A DNA stretch of 62,908 bases, filler included, from Rhabdomonas costata (taxonomy: Eukaryota), in NCBI GenBank assembly GCA_019059605.1. It is 35 parts of 35 records of this genome, joined end to end, with 100 filler letters (N's around TTAATTAATTAA, not from the genome) between each part and the next. Parts side by side here need not be neighbours in the genome. Positions count along the whole stretch, not along the records: positions 23,408 to 25,108 come from JAHMHO010010429.1; positions 25,209 to 26,910 come from JAHMHO010010430.1; positions 27,011 to 28,710 come from JAHMHO010010431.1; positions 28,811 to 30,510 come from JAHMHO010010432.1; positions 30,611 to 32,310 come from JAHMHO010010433.1; positions 32,411 to 34,111 come from JAHMHO010010434.1; positions 34,212 to 35,910 come from JAHMHO010010435.1; positions 36,011 to 37,710 come from JAHMHO010010436.1; 27 more parts are not named here. One strand, written 5' to 3'. Positions 24,101 to 36,043 of the stretch are shown here, in pieces; position 1 is the first letter of the stretch, and every line of letters starts with the position of its first letter. The notes beneath the pieces were generated by a model. It was not told the DNA's origin, did not search any database, and saw nothing but the letters and a program-made list of their open reading frames with translations. The position numbers and the translations under genes are program-made.

Positions 24101-27100
24101 TGTTTTTGGTGAAACGAAAGAGCAACCACCACACAAAAAGGAGCGAAGTGACTTCTCCGGATTAGAGAAGCCACCCGAGTTACACCTCTCCACATCCCAG
24201 TAACCGCACACGATCCCATCTCCCCGTTTCATTTTAGCAAAGAACTAATGACGCCAGTGCTTCCACTTCGCTCCGCAGGTCAGACAGCTGAAATAGTCGT
24301 AGCCCTGTGAGCCCAGCACGAGCTTTTCAATTCATCTCGAGATACAAGATAAAGAGCACCACCCACCCGCTCTCCCCCATTTTTGGGAGGAATCCCCGAT
24401 ATCCAGGCCTTGGGGGCTTGAGGGGACTTTAGGGATTCCCGGTATGGGGGCACTTTGGTATAAAATGGTACATCCGGCCTATGGGCCAAGCTGCCCTATG
24501 GGGCCAATAGGCCGGTTGGAGGGTTCCCGGTATCCCCCATCCAGCCTTCGATTTCAGACCCGGCAGCGGGATTACGGCACAGCGACCCCACATGTGTGAG
24601 AGGTTCCCCGGCCATGGGAAACATTTGTTCGCGTACTTGCTTTACTTGTTCTGCTTATGTCATACAAGCATTCTGGACCCCTCTCCCCGAGGCTGGTACA
24701 CGAAGTACAAATGCAACTGGCCGCGGGTTCTCTTCAATCGGCATCATGAAGTTAGGATAATTCAGAAGACAAAAGTCACATTCTGCAATTTCACAGGGGA
24801 TAGGACAAACGTGATATCACAACCTCCCACCGCCGGAACAACAAAACAAAAACAAAATCGAATAGGAGATTACTTTTCTCTTTATCTGGTTAGTGTGAAT
24901 CCTTCAAAAGAAGAGTCGACACATTCAGATTATGCTCGCGTTCAAGCGAAATCGAAAGGCCCAGGACACACCCTCTTCCCGCGAAGCCTCTGCCACGTCG
25001 TCGTGTGCAGACACATCGGCATGCACGGAAGTCTCTCGGGTGGGACCGCCCCGGTAGGTCTTGGGTAATGGGGCAGGTAGAGGGTCGGCACCAACTTCAC
25101 CCAACACANNNNNNNNNNNNNNNNNNNNNNNNNNNNNNNNNNNNNNNNNNNNTTAATTAATTAANNNNNNNNNNNNNNNNNNNNNNNNNNNNNNNNNNNN
25201 NNNNNNNNTGCCGCTGCTTCGGCGTCTGTTCACCTGCCACCACAGCCGCTAAGAGCTTCTAACGTACTGCGCAGAGTAAGGCCCCCCCTGCCCATTTCAC
25301 CCCGTTAAGAGGTGCTGCCATCTGATCTCCAGATATGTCCACATGCCCCAGGCATGTGTGCTGGATTTAGGTGTTGTGTCGTTTCTTTTTTGTGCCCCGG
25401 AAATTAAGAATTCGGACTGCGGGTTTCTTTGGGTGTATGTCTGTGTGATGTTTTCTGAAAATCCTAGCAGTGCTCCAAAGCGACAGGGCGCCTACACGTG
25501 GGAGATGCTGTATTTTGGAACGCCTTGCTTGGCATGGTGCTGCTGTTTCCGCATGGACGCGTTCGCCTTTGCAAAAAGCGTAATTTGCAGGGCTTCCAGT
25601 TTGGGCAGTAACTCTACCCTCGACCTGGCGCTTCCTTTTGCCTTTGCGTTCTGCGCGTTTGTTTACGTGCGTGTGAGGGTCGGTTGTGCTTTCTTCCTTT
25701 TGTGCTTCTGGGTCTTCGTGGATGCGATTTCCCCCTTTTGGCGCTTTTGTGATCTAAAGTACGTATGGGGGAGAAGGTTCGCCCAGGATACTGGAATGCA
25801 CACGATTCGCGGGGTGGGAGTATCGTCGTAGCATCTGGTCTGCAATTGGGTAGGGGAGGGGGGGGGAGGTGATAATGTCATGTGGTCGTTGTTGAGTAAG
25901 CTCTTTCGGATCTCTTTCATCCCTTTCACTTAAGTTGTGTGATGTCAGCGCTTCCGCTTCCCGCGCTTGTAGTCCACCAATCCTTCCCTCCCTTCCTCCC
26001 TCCTTCCTTCCATCACCCGGGCCCTTCCTAAGTGGACTGGCCTTCCTCCCCCACTTGTCACTCAACCACTCACTAATCTCATTAGAGAGAGGAGAGTGAC
26101 GGAGGCAGGGAGGGAGGCAGTGGGAGGGTGAGTCAGCTCGAGATCCGTCAGCTGCTCAGGTCAGTTTTCGTCCCTTTGCCCTCCCCTACACACAGACACG
26201 CGCACTTTCGCTCTCCTTGTAGTCTTTACACTGTCTCGTTGCCGTCAGGTCCCCGTGCGTCTCTCTCCCTCTCCCCCTTTTCCCCTTTCCCTTTTCCCTT
26301 TTCCCCCCGCGCTTCCGGTTGTATATACGTGTGGTGAACTTTCATAATCCACAGTGGAGAGTTCCATTCACTGCTCTCACTGCCTCTCTGCTTGAGTGTT
26401 TTGTGTCCAGGGCAACCCCCTCCTCACACACACACAGAGACTTCATTCCGGAGGTGTGCATAGCCCTCTCCTTACTTCAAAACCCGTCGGTCATTCACAT
26501 TCGTGGCATTTTTTCCTGGAGGGGTTCTCTTTCGTGCCGTGCTTGAGCTGACCATGCCTGGCGAATTGTGCTTGTGTGGCTTTCCGGGGTTATTCACTGA
26601 CTTGCTGGGGTCGAGGTTGAGAAACACGGAAACAGCTTGAGGTTCTCCATGGGGGTGCAAGGGTGGCATTCTGAGACATCCCCCCCCCCTTCGCGAGCTG
26701 TCTCGGATTTCTGCAATCCTGACACTGCTGGTCTTCATCTGTGGACGGCATGTTTTCCTGTCCTGTCTTAGCGTGAAGGTGGAGGCCCCCCTTCATTACG
26801 CACGAGCAGTTTCTGGGGATGGTGCCGAATCCACAAATCCAGAATCCAGGAAGAAATGAAAACGCGATCGAATTCTCCTCTTTTTCTTCCTTTCGTGATG
26901 CTCTTATTGCNNNNNNNNNNNNNNNNNNNNNNNNNNNNNNNNNNNNNNNNNNNNTTAATTAATTAANNNNNNNNNNNNNNNNNNNNNNNNNNNNNNNNNN
27001 NNNNNNNNNNGGGGTTTTGGAACACAAGAGTCGCTGAGGGTCAAGGTGTAAACGCATCCAATCTGTTAACAGAAACAAACTGTGCTGTTGAGGTCCGTGT

Positions 27101-29674
27101 AAAGTATATAAACTGCGCAAAAAAAAAGACCGATTTAACCAAAAGTGAGTGTGGATTTAAGAAGTGGGCGGGCGGGCAAAATATTCATGAAATCTATGCT
27201 TTCGGTAAATCTGTGCCGTCTGTTTCAGCTAGATTGATCTCGAAGGCACGAGAAATAGACGAAGAGGACCTCGCCGGGGCCCCGAAGGCTTCCCTTGGGT
27301 GAGCCCAAGGGGTTCACCATCTTGGGAGGCCTTGGGGAGCGCCGGGGGAGGGCAGCCCCCACCCCAATAGGAGAGCACATCACCCCCTCGGAGGCACCGC
27401 CGCCCGGGAGGGTCTGGTCCCGGGTTGGCGTCCCCTGCCGGCGCCGGGGCAGTCCCACCACACCCTGATTTACGGGGTGGGTGAAAAATGCCCCTACCAT
27501 CAATCTGGATGCGAGTAAATGTGCGGTCAAGTGCATTTATTGGGGTCCTCTGGTGACCCCTGGCCTTCTGAGGTTGTATGCTTTGGGAGTGCCGTACGCA
27601 GAGAATAATCTGGCTGACGCAAAGTTGTCGATTGCATGGAGTCGCCCGAGAACAGCAACAGATAAAGAACTCTATGATGAACATACACCTGAAGAGTGGC
27701 ACCTGCACCCAGTGGCTCATAAAATTGGAGACGACAAAAAGCAATACGTAGATAACAAAGTGAGTCAAAAACAAAAATCGCGGCCGAAATATTTGGTTAT
27801 TCGTAAATAAACGTGTAGAAATGTAATCGGCTATGCTGTTGCTTCCACCTTTCCAAAAAAAAAAAAAAAAACGCCGGGCACCCCAACATAGGATGCCGCG
27901 GCGAGACCCCACCAGATACCAGCGGGGCGGAGCGGGCCATCACTGCAGGGTCCTCCGCACGAGCCTCGGCCGGGGCTCCAGGCTCAGTGGGAGGAGCGGT
28001 GCCGTCGGAGCCCTCGGAGTTCCGGCGGGAGGTGAGGTCCGGGGAAGTCAGCTCGGGAAGGTCCGGTGAGCCCGCACCGCTGCTTCCGCAGGGCCGCCGA
28101 CGGCTGCTGAAAGTTGCAGAAAAAGATGCTTTGCAAACTTCTAATGTGGACACTCAAGCGGCATATGTTGGAGCAGTGGAGCAATGGTATTAAAATGAAT
28201 GAGTGTACTCACGGGAGATTGGAGGAACTAACATCGGTAGCGTGGAGCGCTCTGCAGAAGGAGGAGGAATGATCATCCAAGTTGCGCACGTGGTACACAA
28301 AAAAGTTGTCATCATACGCGTGGTCGTAGACGACAGACGCAAGGCTGAAGTTGAATGTCTCACAAGGAACAAGGGACGTTGGCAGAGCGATATATGTATT
28401 GGCAATCAAGGTAGCTGCGGCAAGCCGGCAAACGACAGAACCGTCATGTAACTTGAACTGTTCTCTCTGAGACTGCTCTACAAGCCGGTGCTAAATGGTG
28501 AAAGAGCGTACACCTCACTCAACGGCCAAATAACACACCGCTCCGAGGAGGTGGGTCCTATTGCTGGGGGGACTTCAGCGCCCTGCGCCCTATCTTGAGG
28601 CTGGCTCTGGGTCTGGCCATGGCTCTGGCAGTGCTGTAAAGCGGAGGCCAGGCAGGCCTGAAGGTCACTGCCTCTACGGGAGTGGCGGGTTTGACGGGGG
28701 TCCTGCTCGCNNNNNNNNNNNNNNNNNNNNNNNNNNNNNNNNNNNNNNNNNNNNTTAATTAATTAANNNNNNNNNNNNNNNNNNNNNNNNNNNNNNNNNN
28801 NNNNNNNNNNTTTGGGGTTGTGGTTGTGGGTGTGTTTGGTGGGGGGGGTTTCGGAAACATCGCACCGTCTACGTCCTTGACCAACACCTATCACGAAACG
28901 AACTTTTAGAACGGAAGGAGACGGTGCGATGTTTCCGAAACCCCCTCCACCAGCGAGAGTACCAGACAGCGGACCTGAACCCAATGCACCCCACCGGAAC
29001 CGGGAAAGACCCCAGCGGTGGGGCTGGGGCTGCTCACGGGGCGGCTGAGGTTGAAGCCTGGGAAATGCTCCACCCGGAATCCCAGAGGGTCCTCCAAGTC
29101 GAGCTCCCAGCGCGGCGGGAGGGCGGAGGTCTGGCTCCTCAGCCAGACTAAGCCGTGGCCGTGGTGAAAGGGCCCCAGCGCCGTGGGCACGGCTAGCCCA
29201 CCACCCGCAAGGACTGCCGCCTGCGCGGAGTTGCACCGATGTCAATGCCAATGACTAAATCCGAAAGGCAGCAACGAACATGGGGTCAACCACGATCGTA
29301 AACGTAACAGGCGGAAAGGGGAGGGAGGCTGGGGTTGAAGGCTGATCTACCTTACCCGCACAGAATACGCCATTCATTTATTCATTAGTTGGCACTTCCG
29401 GGATTTTCAAGCCTGACCGATGACACTCAGATTCAGAGAACCGGTTTTGTAAAGTAGTGTGTATACACGTGGGGTAACCGGATATGACAGATCTTGGAAT
29501 CACCTGCTTTTACAACAAAAACCATGCTCCTCCCTCCTACCCCATCTTCTGTTCGGATCCCTGATGACACGTGCATCTCTAATCCTGTCCAAACCTTCCG
29601 TACCCGAGGAACATTTTTCAAACAGGCAAACCATGGTACCCACTTTACAAGAGCCCCCAAAAACGAGCACAAAC

Positions 29675-29914
29675 CTGGAGCGGGCACTCGCTCACCGTGG
29701 TGCAGCCCAGGGGAGTGGAGGTCAGCAAGAAAGCCCTCGCAGGGCTTCCCCTCACCTCCTCAACCCCGTCCTCAACCTGTACGACCACCGCAGCCAAGCC
29801 TTGTGCAGCGTGGCTTCCGCTGCACAGCAGAAGCATAAGAGAGCCAGAGCGATGTGAGGACCGACCCCGAAGCAGCCCCAAAGGTTGGACGTCGTAGCAC
29901 CCCATCAGGTCATC
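29675..29914 (-). CDS. Probable internal exon, unknown protein
   Basis: 240-nt stop-free GC-rich block bounded by ttttccag and gtttgt, phase 0-0. Confidence 0.4.
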
Positions 29915-30944
29915 CTGGAAAATATCAAATTGCCTCAAACCAGTAAAACTCCTCCAACAGTACGGGTTTCGCACCTCACCAAAGAAAGGAAACATACCAA
30001 CGCAAACAAAATCAAGCAGCGCAGGGACCCCCCCCGCTTTTCAACCTCGGAGCATGTTCACACGTCTCCATCTGGACGAAGAACGTAAAGCATGGGGAGG
30101 TCAGTAAAGTTTGACAGATCAATGGTGAGGTTCGATATGCATTTTTTTTGGGTTAAACAGTAGGTACAAAAATAGGCTGGTGGGCTCGGCGACCCGAAAA
30201 CCCTCTTCTTGTCCCGCTTTTAATGCGCATGACCACAACGCCCCCGACCTCGGCCGCCCGCTAGGTTGGCCTAAGCAGCACCGCGCCACTAAAAGAACTC
30301 TGTCCCTTTAACGTGCAATAGTTTGGGAAGCGGTCTTCTCTCTCCTTGGATAAATCACTGGAGCCCGTCCTCTAACACAACAGAATTACCGAAGAGAGGT
30401 ACCCCAATGCAAAACGTAAAGCTCTGTGCAAACCGTATTCAGCACAACAGTCCATTTTTGCTTGCCTCCCCCTGATCAACTGCACCAACAAAACCAAACA
30501 CACCCACCACNNNNNNNNNNNNNNNNNNNNNNNNNNNNNNNNNNNNNNNNNNNNTTAATTAATTAANNNNNNNNNNNNNNNNNNNNNNNNNNNNNNNNNN
30601 NNNNNNNNNNTGTTTTTGGTCTCTGCCTCAGCGCTGTCCTTTGTTCATTTCTCGTTCCCTCCCTCCATTCAATTCCAACGCCAAGGAGCTGCTAAAGAGA
30701 GCTTCCCAGAGCGAAGGACTAATGTTTTCTGCAACCGTGACCCTGGCGCGCGTGGGGCAGTCATGGGGCAGTGCCGTTGTCAGGAGATCTCACTTGGGGT
30801 CACCTTTACTCCGTCCTCGGCTTACCCCCAGTCCTGCTCCGACTCACCGCTGCTTTGCAGTTCGGGTAGCTCGCCTTCCCTCGAAACTTCCGGCGAGCCT
30901 CTGGGCCGGTGCTGTTCTGGCGGGGAGCCACCGGGGGTTCTCAG

Positions 30945-31198
30945 ATGACCACCACCCCATCGTGCACCACACGCAGCGGGGCAAGGTCATCGAGGGCCTG
31001 GGTACGCCCCAGGAAAAGGAAGTGCAGCCCGGGCTGTGGGGCGCATTGCAAGACAAGATGCACCACATGTCCGCACTTACGCTGCTGCTCGTGCTGGCTG
31101 GGGGCGCGGTGGTGGGTGTTGTGGTGTTCCTGTTCCTGGCCGAGGTGATCCCTGACTTGGTGCGCAGAAGCCTGCCGGCCCCTCCCCCATCCTGTTGA
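30945..31198 (+). CDS. Probable terminal exon of a single-pass membrane protein
   Basis: DHHPIVHHTQRGKVIEG...LTLLLVLAGGAVVGVVVFLFLAEVIPDLVRR...*. GC3-biased codons and a C-terminal hydrophobic helix. A competing minus-strand ORF (30844-31698) overlaps it. Confidence 0.45.
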
Positions 31199-31955
31199 TT
31201 CCCATTTCCGCTGCGGTTCTTTGAATCAGCTCTTTGCTCTGGGAAGGGGGCATGCAAACAAGGGAGCGGGAAACTCCAGCGTTTTACCGTACGGGACGGA
31301 GGAAGTGCCGCGTTTCCGTCCCCGCCTGTAGCAACCGGTGGGTACAACTGTTCCTTTTTCCTTATTTCGCTTGTTACACGATCGCTCGTCAAACCAAAGA
31401 AACCATTATGTGGACTGTACCCTCGCCTTTCTCTATCCGAGGACCTCTCAAGGTGCCATGCTGCGTGACCGGCTGCTGTACTTCTGTCTCGGTTGGTTGA
31501 CCTGCCGCGCTCAACCTCCTGTAAAAAAAAACAGTGCGGGAAGGAAGAGGTAATCTGAGCTTCTGACGAAGCCCCAGATGGCTTTATATCGATACTTCTG
31601 ACTGTTAATGGGAGCGATAGCACATTAGGGAGTGAGGTGCAACATACGAACGGGCTGTACGGGGGTTGCGGAAAATTGACATGGGTGACGACTAACAAGG
31701 ATCGAACACCCCAAAATGGACCGAATTTTACCGAGGGATTCCGTTTGATTGGCAGCGTTGCCCATGGTGGGCGTTCTGTGAAAGCCAGTTGCGTTCACGC
31801 GCGCCAGAATACCCGTTGGAGTTTTTTCCCCAATACGGTTTCCACCAAGGACCCGAAACATCACCGCCCCCCCCCCCCTCAGACACCAAGAATTGGCTGA
31901 TGCATCCAAGGCAGAAAAACACTGAAAAAAAGCAACCCTGGCGCTTTGGGTTCAG

Positions 31956-32237
31956 ATTCCCTTCGTGCCGATGGTGTTTGCGGCCGCTGTGACTTCCGTG
32001 TGGGTGGTGGTGGCCTTTGTGCTCTCGCCCTTCCTGCCGAAGGCCAAGGGGGAGCCGGAAAAGCCCCGCCCGAAGCCCATGGCCAGCTCAGCGACCCCGA
32101 AGGCTAAGCCAGAACCCTCTTCGACCCCCAGCACCGAGGCAGCCACCCCTGCCCCTGAGAGTCAGTCTCCACTGCCGCCTCCGCAGCAACCGAAGGCAGC
32201 AAGTCGGCCTCGTTCCCCTCAGTCCACTCCTTCCCAG
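31956..32237 (+). CDS. Probable exon: hydrophobic helix followed by a Pro/Ser/Lys-rich linker
   Basis: AG at 31954-31955, GT at 32238, 94 codons with no stop. Confidence 0.45.
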
Positions 32238-32980
32238 GTCGCTCATTGAGCCGGCCCTGTCTTTCTTTTTGGAGCGGATCAGAACCACCGTACCCCCTGG
32301 CCCACAAAACNNNNNNNNNNNNNNNNNNNNNNNNNNNNNNNNNNNNNNNNNNNNTTAATTAATTAANNNNNNNNNNNNNNNNNNNNNNNNNNNNNNNNNN
32401 NNNNNNNNNNTGTTTTTGGGGACTTCCACCTTTTTTCACGTCGAGCTTTTTCTCATTTTAATGCAATCTTTCAAATTCTTCAACATCTCTTCAAAACCTG
32501 ACGCCGTTTTCCCACACTGGGCCGCAAAAACAGCAGCTACAGCAAATACGGGGGGAGAGACCCACACCAAAACAACAGTCGTTCGAGGCACACGGAATGT
32601 TGCAATACGACGTGTAGGGCACCCACAGTAGCGCACCGCCGGTACATGTGGAAGGGGCGAAGTTGCAGCAGAGCTGAGCTGAGAAGGAGGAAAATCACCC
32701 ACGGAGTCTTAATGAGCGGTTCGTGGCTGCCTACGTGTGCTGATACTTACACACTGGATGATGCACAACTGATCCTCTGACGATCCGCTGGGTTGTGTGC
32801 TTGTGAGCAGAATGCGTGCCTGGAGTCAACTGAGTTGGGGTGATCACTCACTGAGAGCCAGGGGGCACTCATCGCATCATCACAGTGCCCATCAGCATGT
32901 AGGTGGGTTCTCTCCTAGGGACACCTCCACAAACTGACACAAACTGCAAATCACACGATGACGTGCACCCTAACCAAGCC

Positions 32981-33850
32981 CTAACCCAAACTCCAACCAG
33001 TACCATCTATCTGAAAACTGTAAAACCTCAAGGGACCCACAAAACGAGCAAAACCGTTGAAGTTGTTGCTGTAGAAGCTGCTGCTGGGCAGCGATGGGAA
33101 CATGGCTTGCAGTGCAGAGGAGCCGAATGAGACGGAGTTGCTGTACACCCTGCCCCAGCTGATGGTTCCCGTGGAGGAGACGCTGCCACAAATGGTATTT
33201 GTGTAAAATTCCAGGCTGGACACGAAGCTGAGAAAGTTGAGTACCACTCCGGCAGGAAAGGAGCTGCGGTACAGGGAAAACGATGAGAAGTGGCCACTGG
33301 ACTGGGAGAAGGTGACTGTAGGACTGACGCTGGCCATGAACCGAATCGAGTAGACTGAGCTGGAGGAAGGCATGTTGGTGACCTGCAGATCACCAGCAAT
33401 GTCGCAGTTGCCTAAAACCAAGGAAGTCAGGCCAGTGGAAAGGCTCACGCTGACAGCCCCTTGGATGGTATTGTAATAGAAGTAGAAAGTCCGGAGGGAG
33501 CTGGGCATAGAGCCGAGAGTTAGGCCCGAGCCAAAGGTACAGCTGTATATCCAGAGAAAGGAAAGCGAGCTGGGAAGGGTGCCAAGACTGAGGCCAGAAC
33601 CAAAGGTTGTGCTGTAAATCGTCAGTGACGTCAAAGTGTTAGGAAGATTCTGAATGGTAACGGCGTCCACAAAGATAGCGGAATAAATCGTGAGGGAAGT
33701 GACGGAGGAGAAGAAGGAGAAGTCCAGCGTCCCTGTGCACTGGTAGCTGTACAGTTCCACGGTGGTCTGCGAGCTTGATGCGCCACGCAAGCTCGCCCAC
33801 GTGGAAACGCTGCAGGTCGGGACGGCTGAGGGGCACACCACAAAAAATGA
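32981..33850 (-). CDS. Ser/Thr-rich leucine-rich-repeat-like (solenoid) protein, probably extracellular; likely one exon 33850-33055
   Basis: 23-residue repeats LPNTLTSLTIYSTTFGSGLSLGT / LPSSLSFLWIYSCTFGSGLTLGS / MPSSLRTFYFYYNTIQG. More than 280 open codons with no lysine. Confidence 0.75.
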   Translation of the reverse strand, partial: SFFVVCPSAVPTCSVSTWASLRGASSSQTTVELYSYQCTGTLDFSFFSSVTSLTIYSAIFVDAVTIQNLPNTLTSLTIYSTTFGSGLSLGTLPSSLSFLWIYSCTFGSGLTLGSMPSSLRTFYFYYNTIQGAVSVSLSTGLTSLVLGNCDIAGDLQVTNMPSSSSVYSIRFMASVSPTVTFSQSSGHFSSFSLYRSSFPAGVVLNFLSFVSSLEFYTNTICGSVSSTGTISWGRVYSNSVSFGSSALQAMFPSLPSSSFYSNNFNGFARFVGPLRFYSFQIDGTGWSLG

Positions 33851-34211
33851 CTGGCAGCACCACGTGGGACTGAAGAAACAAAGTGGGCTTCAACACGATC
33901 CTCTAACCCTAAAAAATAACGCTGCCATTTTCATAGGCTTGATCAAGGGCCTTTTAAATTGGAAGGGGCTGCCGTTATAAAAAGTTGATGTACGGCAGAG
34001 ATTGCCTTTTGCAACGTGTGTAAGGTCCTAGGATTGTGGGCTGCTCAGCGCACAAGAAATTTCAGAGTAAACGCTTCGGACAAAGCCGAGAAAACACAAC
34101 ACAACACAACANNNNNNNNNNNNNNNNNNNNNNNNNNNNNNNNNNNNNNNNNNNNTTAATTAATTAANNNNNNNNNNNNNNNNNNNNNNNNNNNNNNNNN
34201 NNNNNNNNNNN

Positions 34212-35389
34212 GGGTTGGGGTGGCGACGTACTTCAAGCGGTTCGATGAGGCCGAGAAGATCTACAAGGACATCGACCGCAAAGACCTCGCGGTGGAGCTG
34301 CGGATCCGCCTTGGGGACTGGTTCAAGGTGGTGCAGCTCGTGCAGGAGGGCGGTGGCGACGACGCGCTAATCATGGAGGCCTGGAACCACATCGGTGACT
34401 ACTACGCCGACCGCCAGAAGTGGGCCAAGGCGGTGCAGTACTACGGACAGGTTCTACGAGCTCCGTGAAGTAGTGCGCGTGTGTGGAAGGGGGTAGCAGT
34501 GGTAACCGGGAGCATTTGAAACCCCGCTAGATGCAGAAAAGACCTCGACCGAAACATTGCCTTGTACACGTTGTAGGTGTTTGTGCGTTTGCGAATGTAT
34601 GTATGTGTGTATGTGACGTTTCCCAGCAGTCATCCAAAGTTTTGCCGCGTAACGAGACTCTGGCCATTTACCGACGACCTTATGTACCCAGCCAGGCACC
34701 TTCGGGCCCGATGCTCCACAGGGGAAGCCCTGATTGGGGTGGGGCCAGAGTTGCCAACAGCATAAAGCCTCAGCGAGACCAGTTTGGTGGACCGGATGTG
34801 GATTCGTGCCTTGCAGTCTCCGCTCCAGTATTTAACCTTTTAAACCAACTCAGCGTGTGTGTGTTGGACTGTCAAATAGGGTCCCAATGCTACCCGACGA
34901 CGGTTTCGATTCCAGATTGTTCTGTACCCGCTGGCACAAAAAGCTAGGAAACCCCTGTTGACGTTTCGAATTCCTGCAGTGATGTTAGCAGTAGAAATTG
35001 CCTTTCCCAATACCTCACGGGGGCGGGTTGGTGGCAGGCCAAGAACTACGAGAAGCTGGTGGAGTACAACTACCTTCTGGAGGACTACAAGTCCATGGAA
35101 AGGCTGATCGACCAGCTCCCTGAGGGCAGGTTGGTGAGAACTCTGGTGCTTGACATCTTCTCACGGTTCGGAAAGGAGTAGGTGCTCAAGCCACAAGCCC
35201 ACTTGCCTGTGTGCAGCTAAGGGTACGTTGTTCATGGCACCCCTTCTTGAACGTAGCACCCTGCTGACGACGCTGGGGCAGAAGTTCGCCAGCGTGGGGT
35301 TCTCGTCGTTCGCCGTGGCGGCCCTGTTGAAGGCCGGCGATGTGAAGGCCGCGGTGGACTGCTGCGTGGAGCTCAACCAGTGGGACCAG
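34212..35389 (+). CDS. WDR35: Intraflagellar transport protein IFT121/WDR35, TPR-like region (partial; exons <34220-34450, 35038-35129, 35257-35389)
   Basis: [37 protein letters not shown]...[15 protein letters not shown]...|[17 protein letters not shown]...|...GQKFASVG...[15 protein letters not shown]. Highly conserved IFT121 segment with consistent phases. Confidence 0.95.
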
Positions 35390-36043
35390 GTTTCTGGTGG
35401 GTTCACTCCTTTCTTGTGATACCGTAGCGTGAGCGACCCCCTACTGGTGATAAGCTACGCTGAGGCGTGGTCATCTTATATCGCCACGGACGTTTAAGTT
35501 TCATGAATCAATAAAAATGATTATAATGCATCACAGCCCGAGGGGGAAGGAGAGACAATTTCACAAGAACAGGACCAAAACTCAAACCTAACCCACCGCG
35601 CCATCACGCATTTTCCTGAAATGCGTGATGGCAATGCATTTCAAAATCCGCAGGGTTCCTAAGCAACTCGCAATCCCTTACGTGCAGCATGCCACCGAAT
35701 TTGCCATGAATTTTGCCAGTCAGGTGGGAAAGGGCTCGTATCACTTCAAGAACGATAACCAACGTTGCCCCTTCAAAGGGGTTGTGGGCTACTCCGCACC
35801 GGGAGACTCCAGCTACGTTATAACAGGTGCTACAAGCAGCTCAATACATGGACTATGGACTGACTGCCAGTGGTCGTTTTGGGCGATGTAGGTGTGGCCT
35901 TTCGACATCANNNNNNNNNNNNNNNNNNNNNNNNNNNNNNNNNNNNNNNNNNNNTTAATTAATTAANNNNNNNNNNNNNNNNNNNNNNNNNNNNNNNNNN
36001 NNNNNNNNNNGGGTGTGGGTGGGGGCAGGGAGCGGAGGCGTAC

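Noticed and set aside
27262..27470. GC-rich multi-hairpin stretch as a structured ncRNA (SRP or ribozyme)
   Set aside because: No diagnostic motif. It reads as an AG/GT-bounded minus-strand exon in phase with the low-complexity exon at about 27910-28107.
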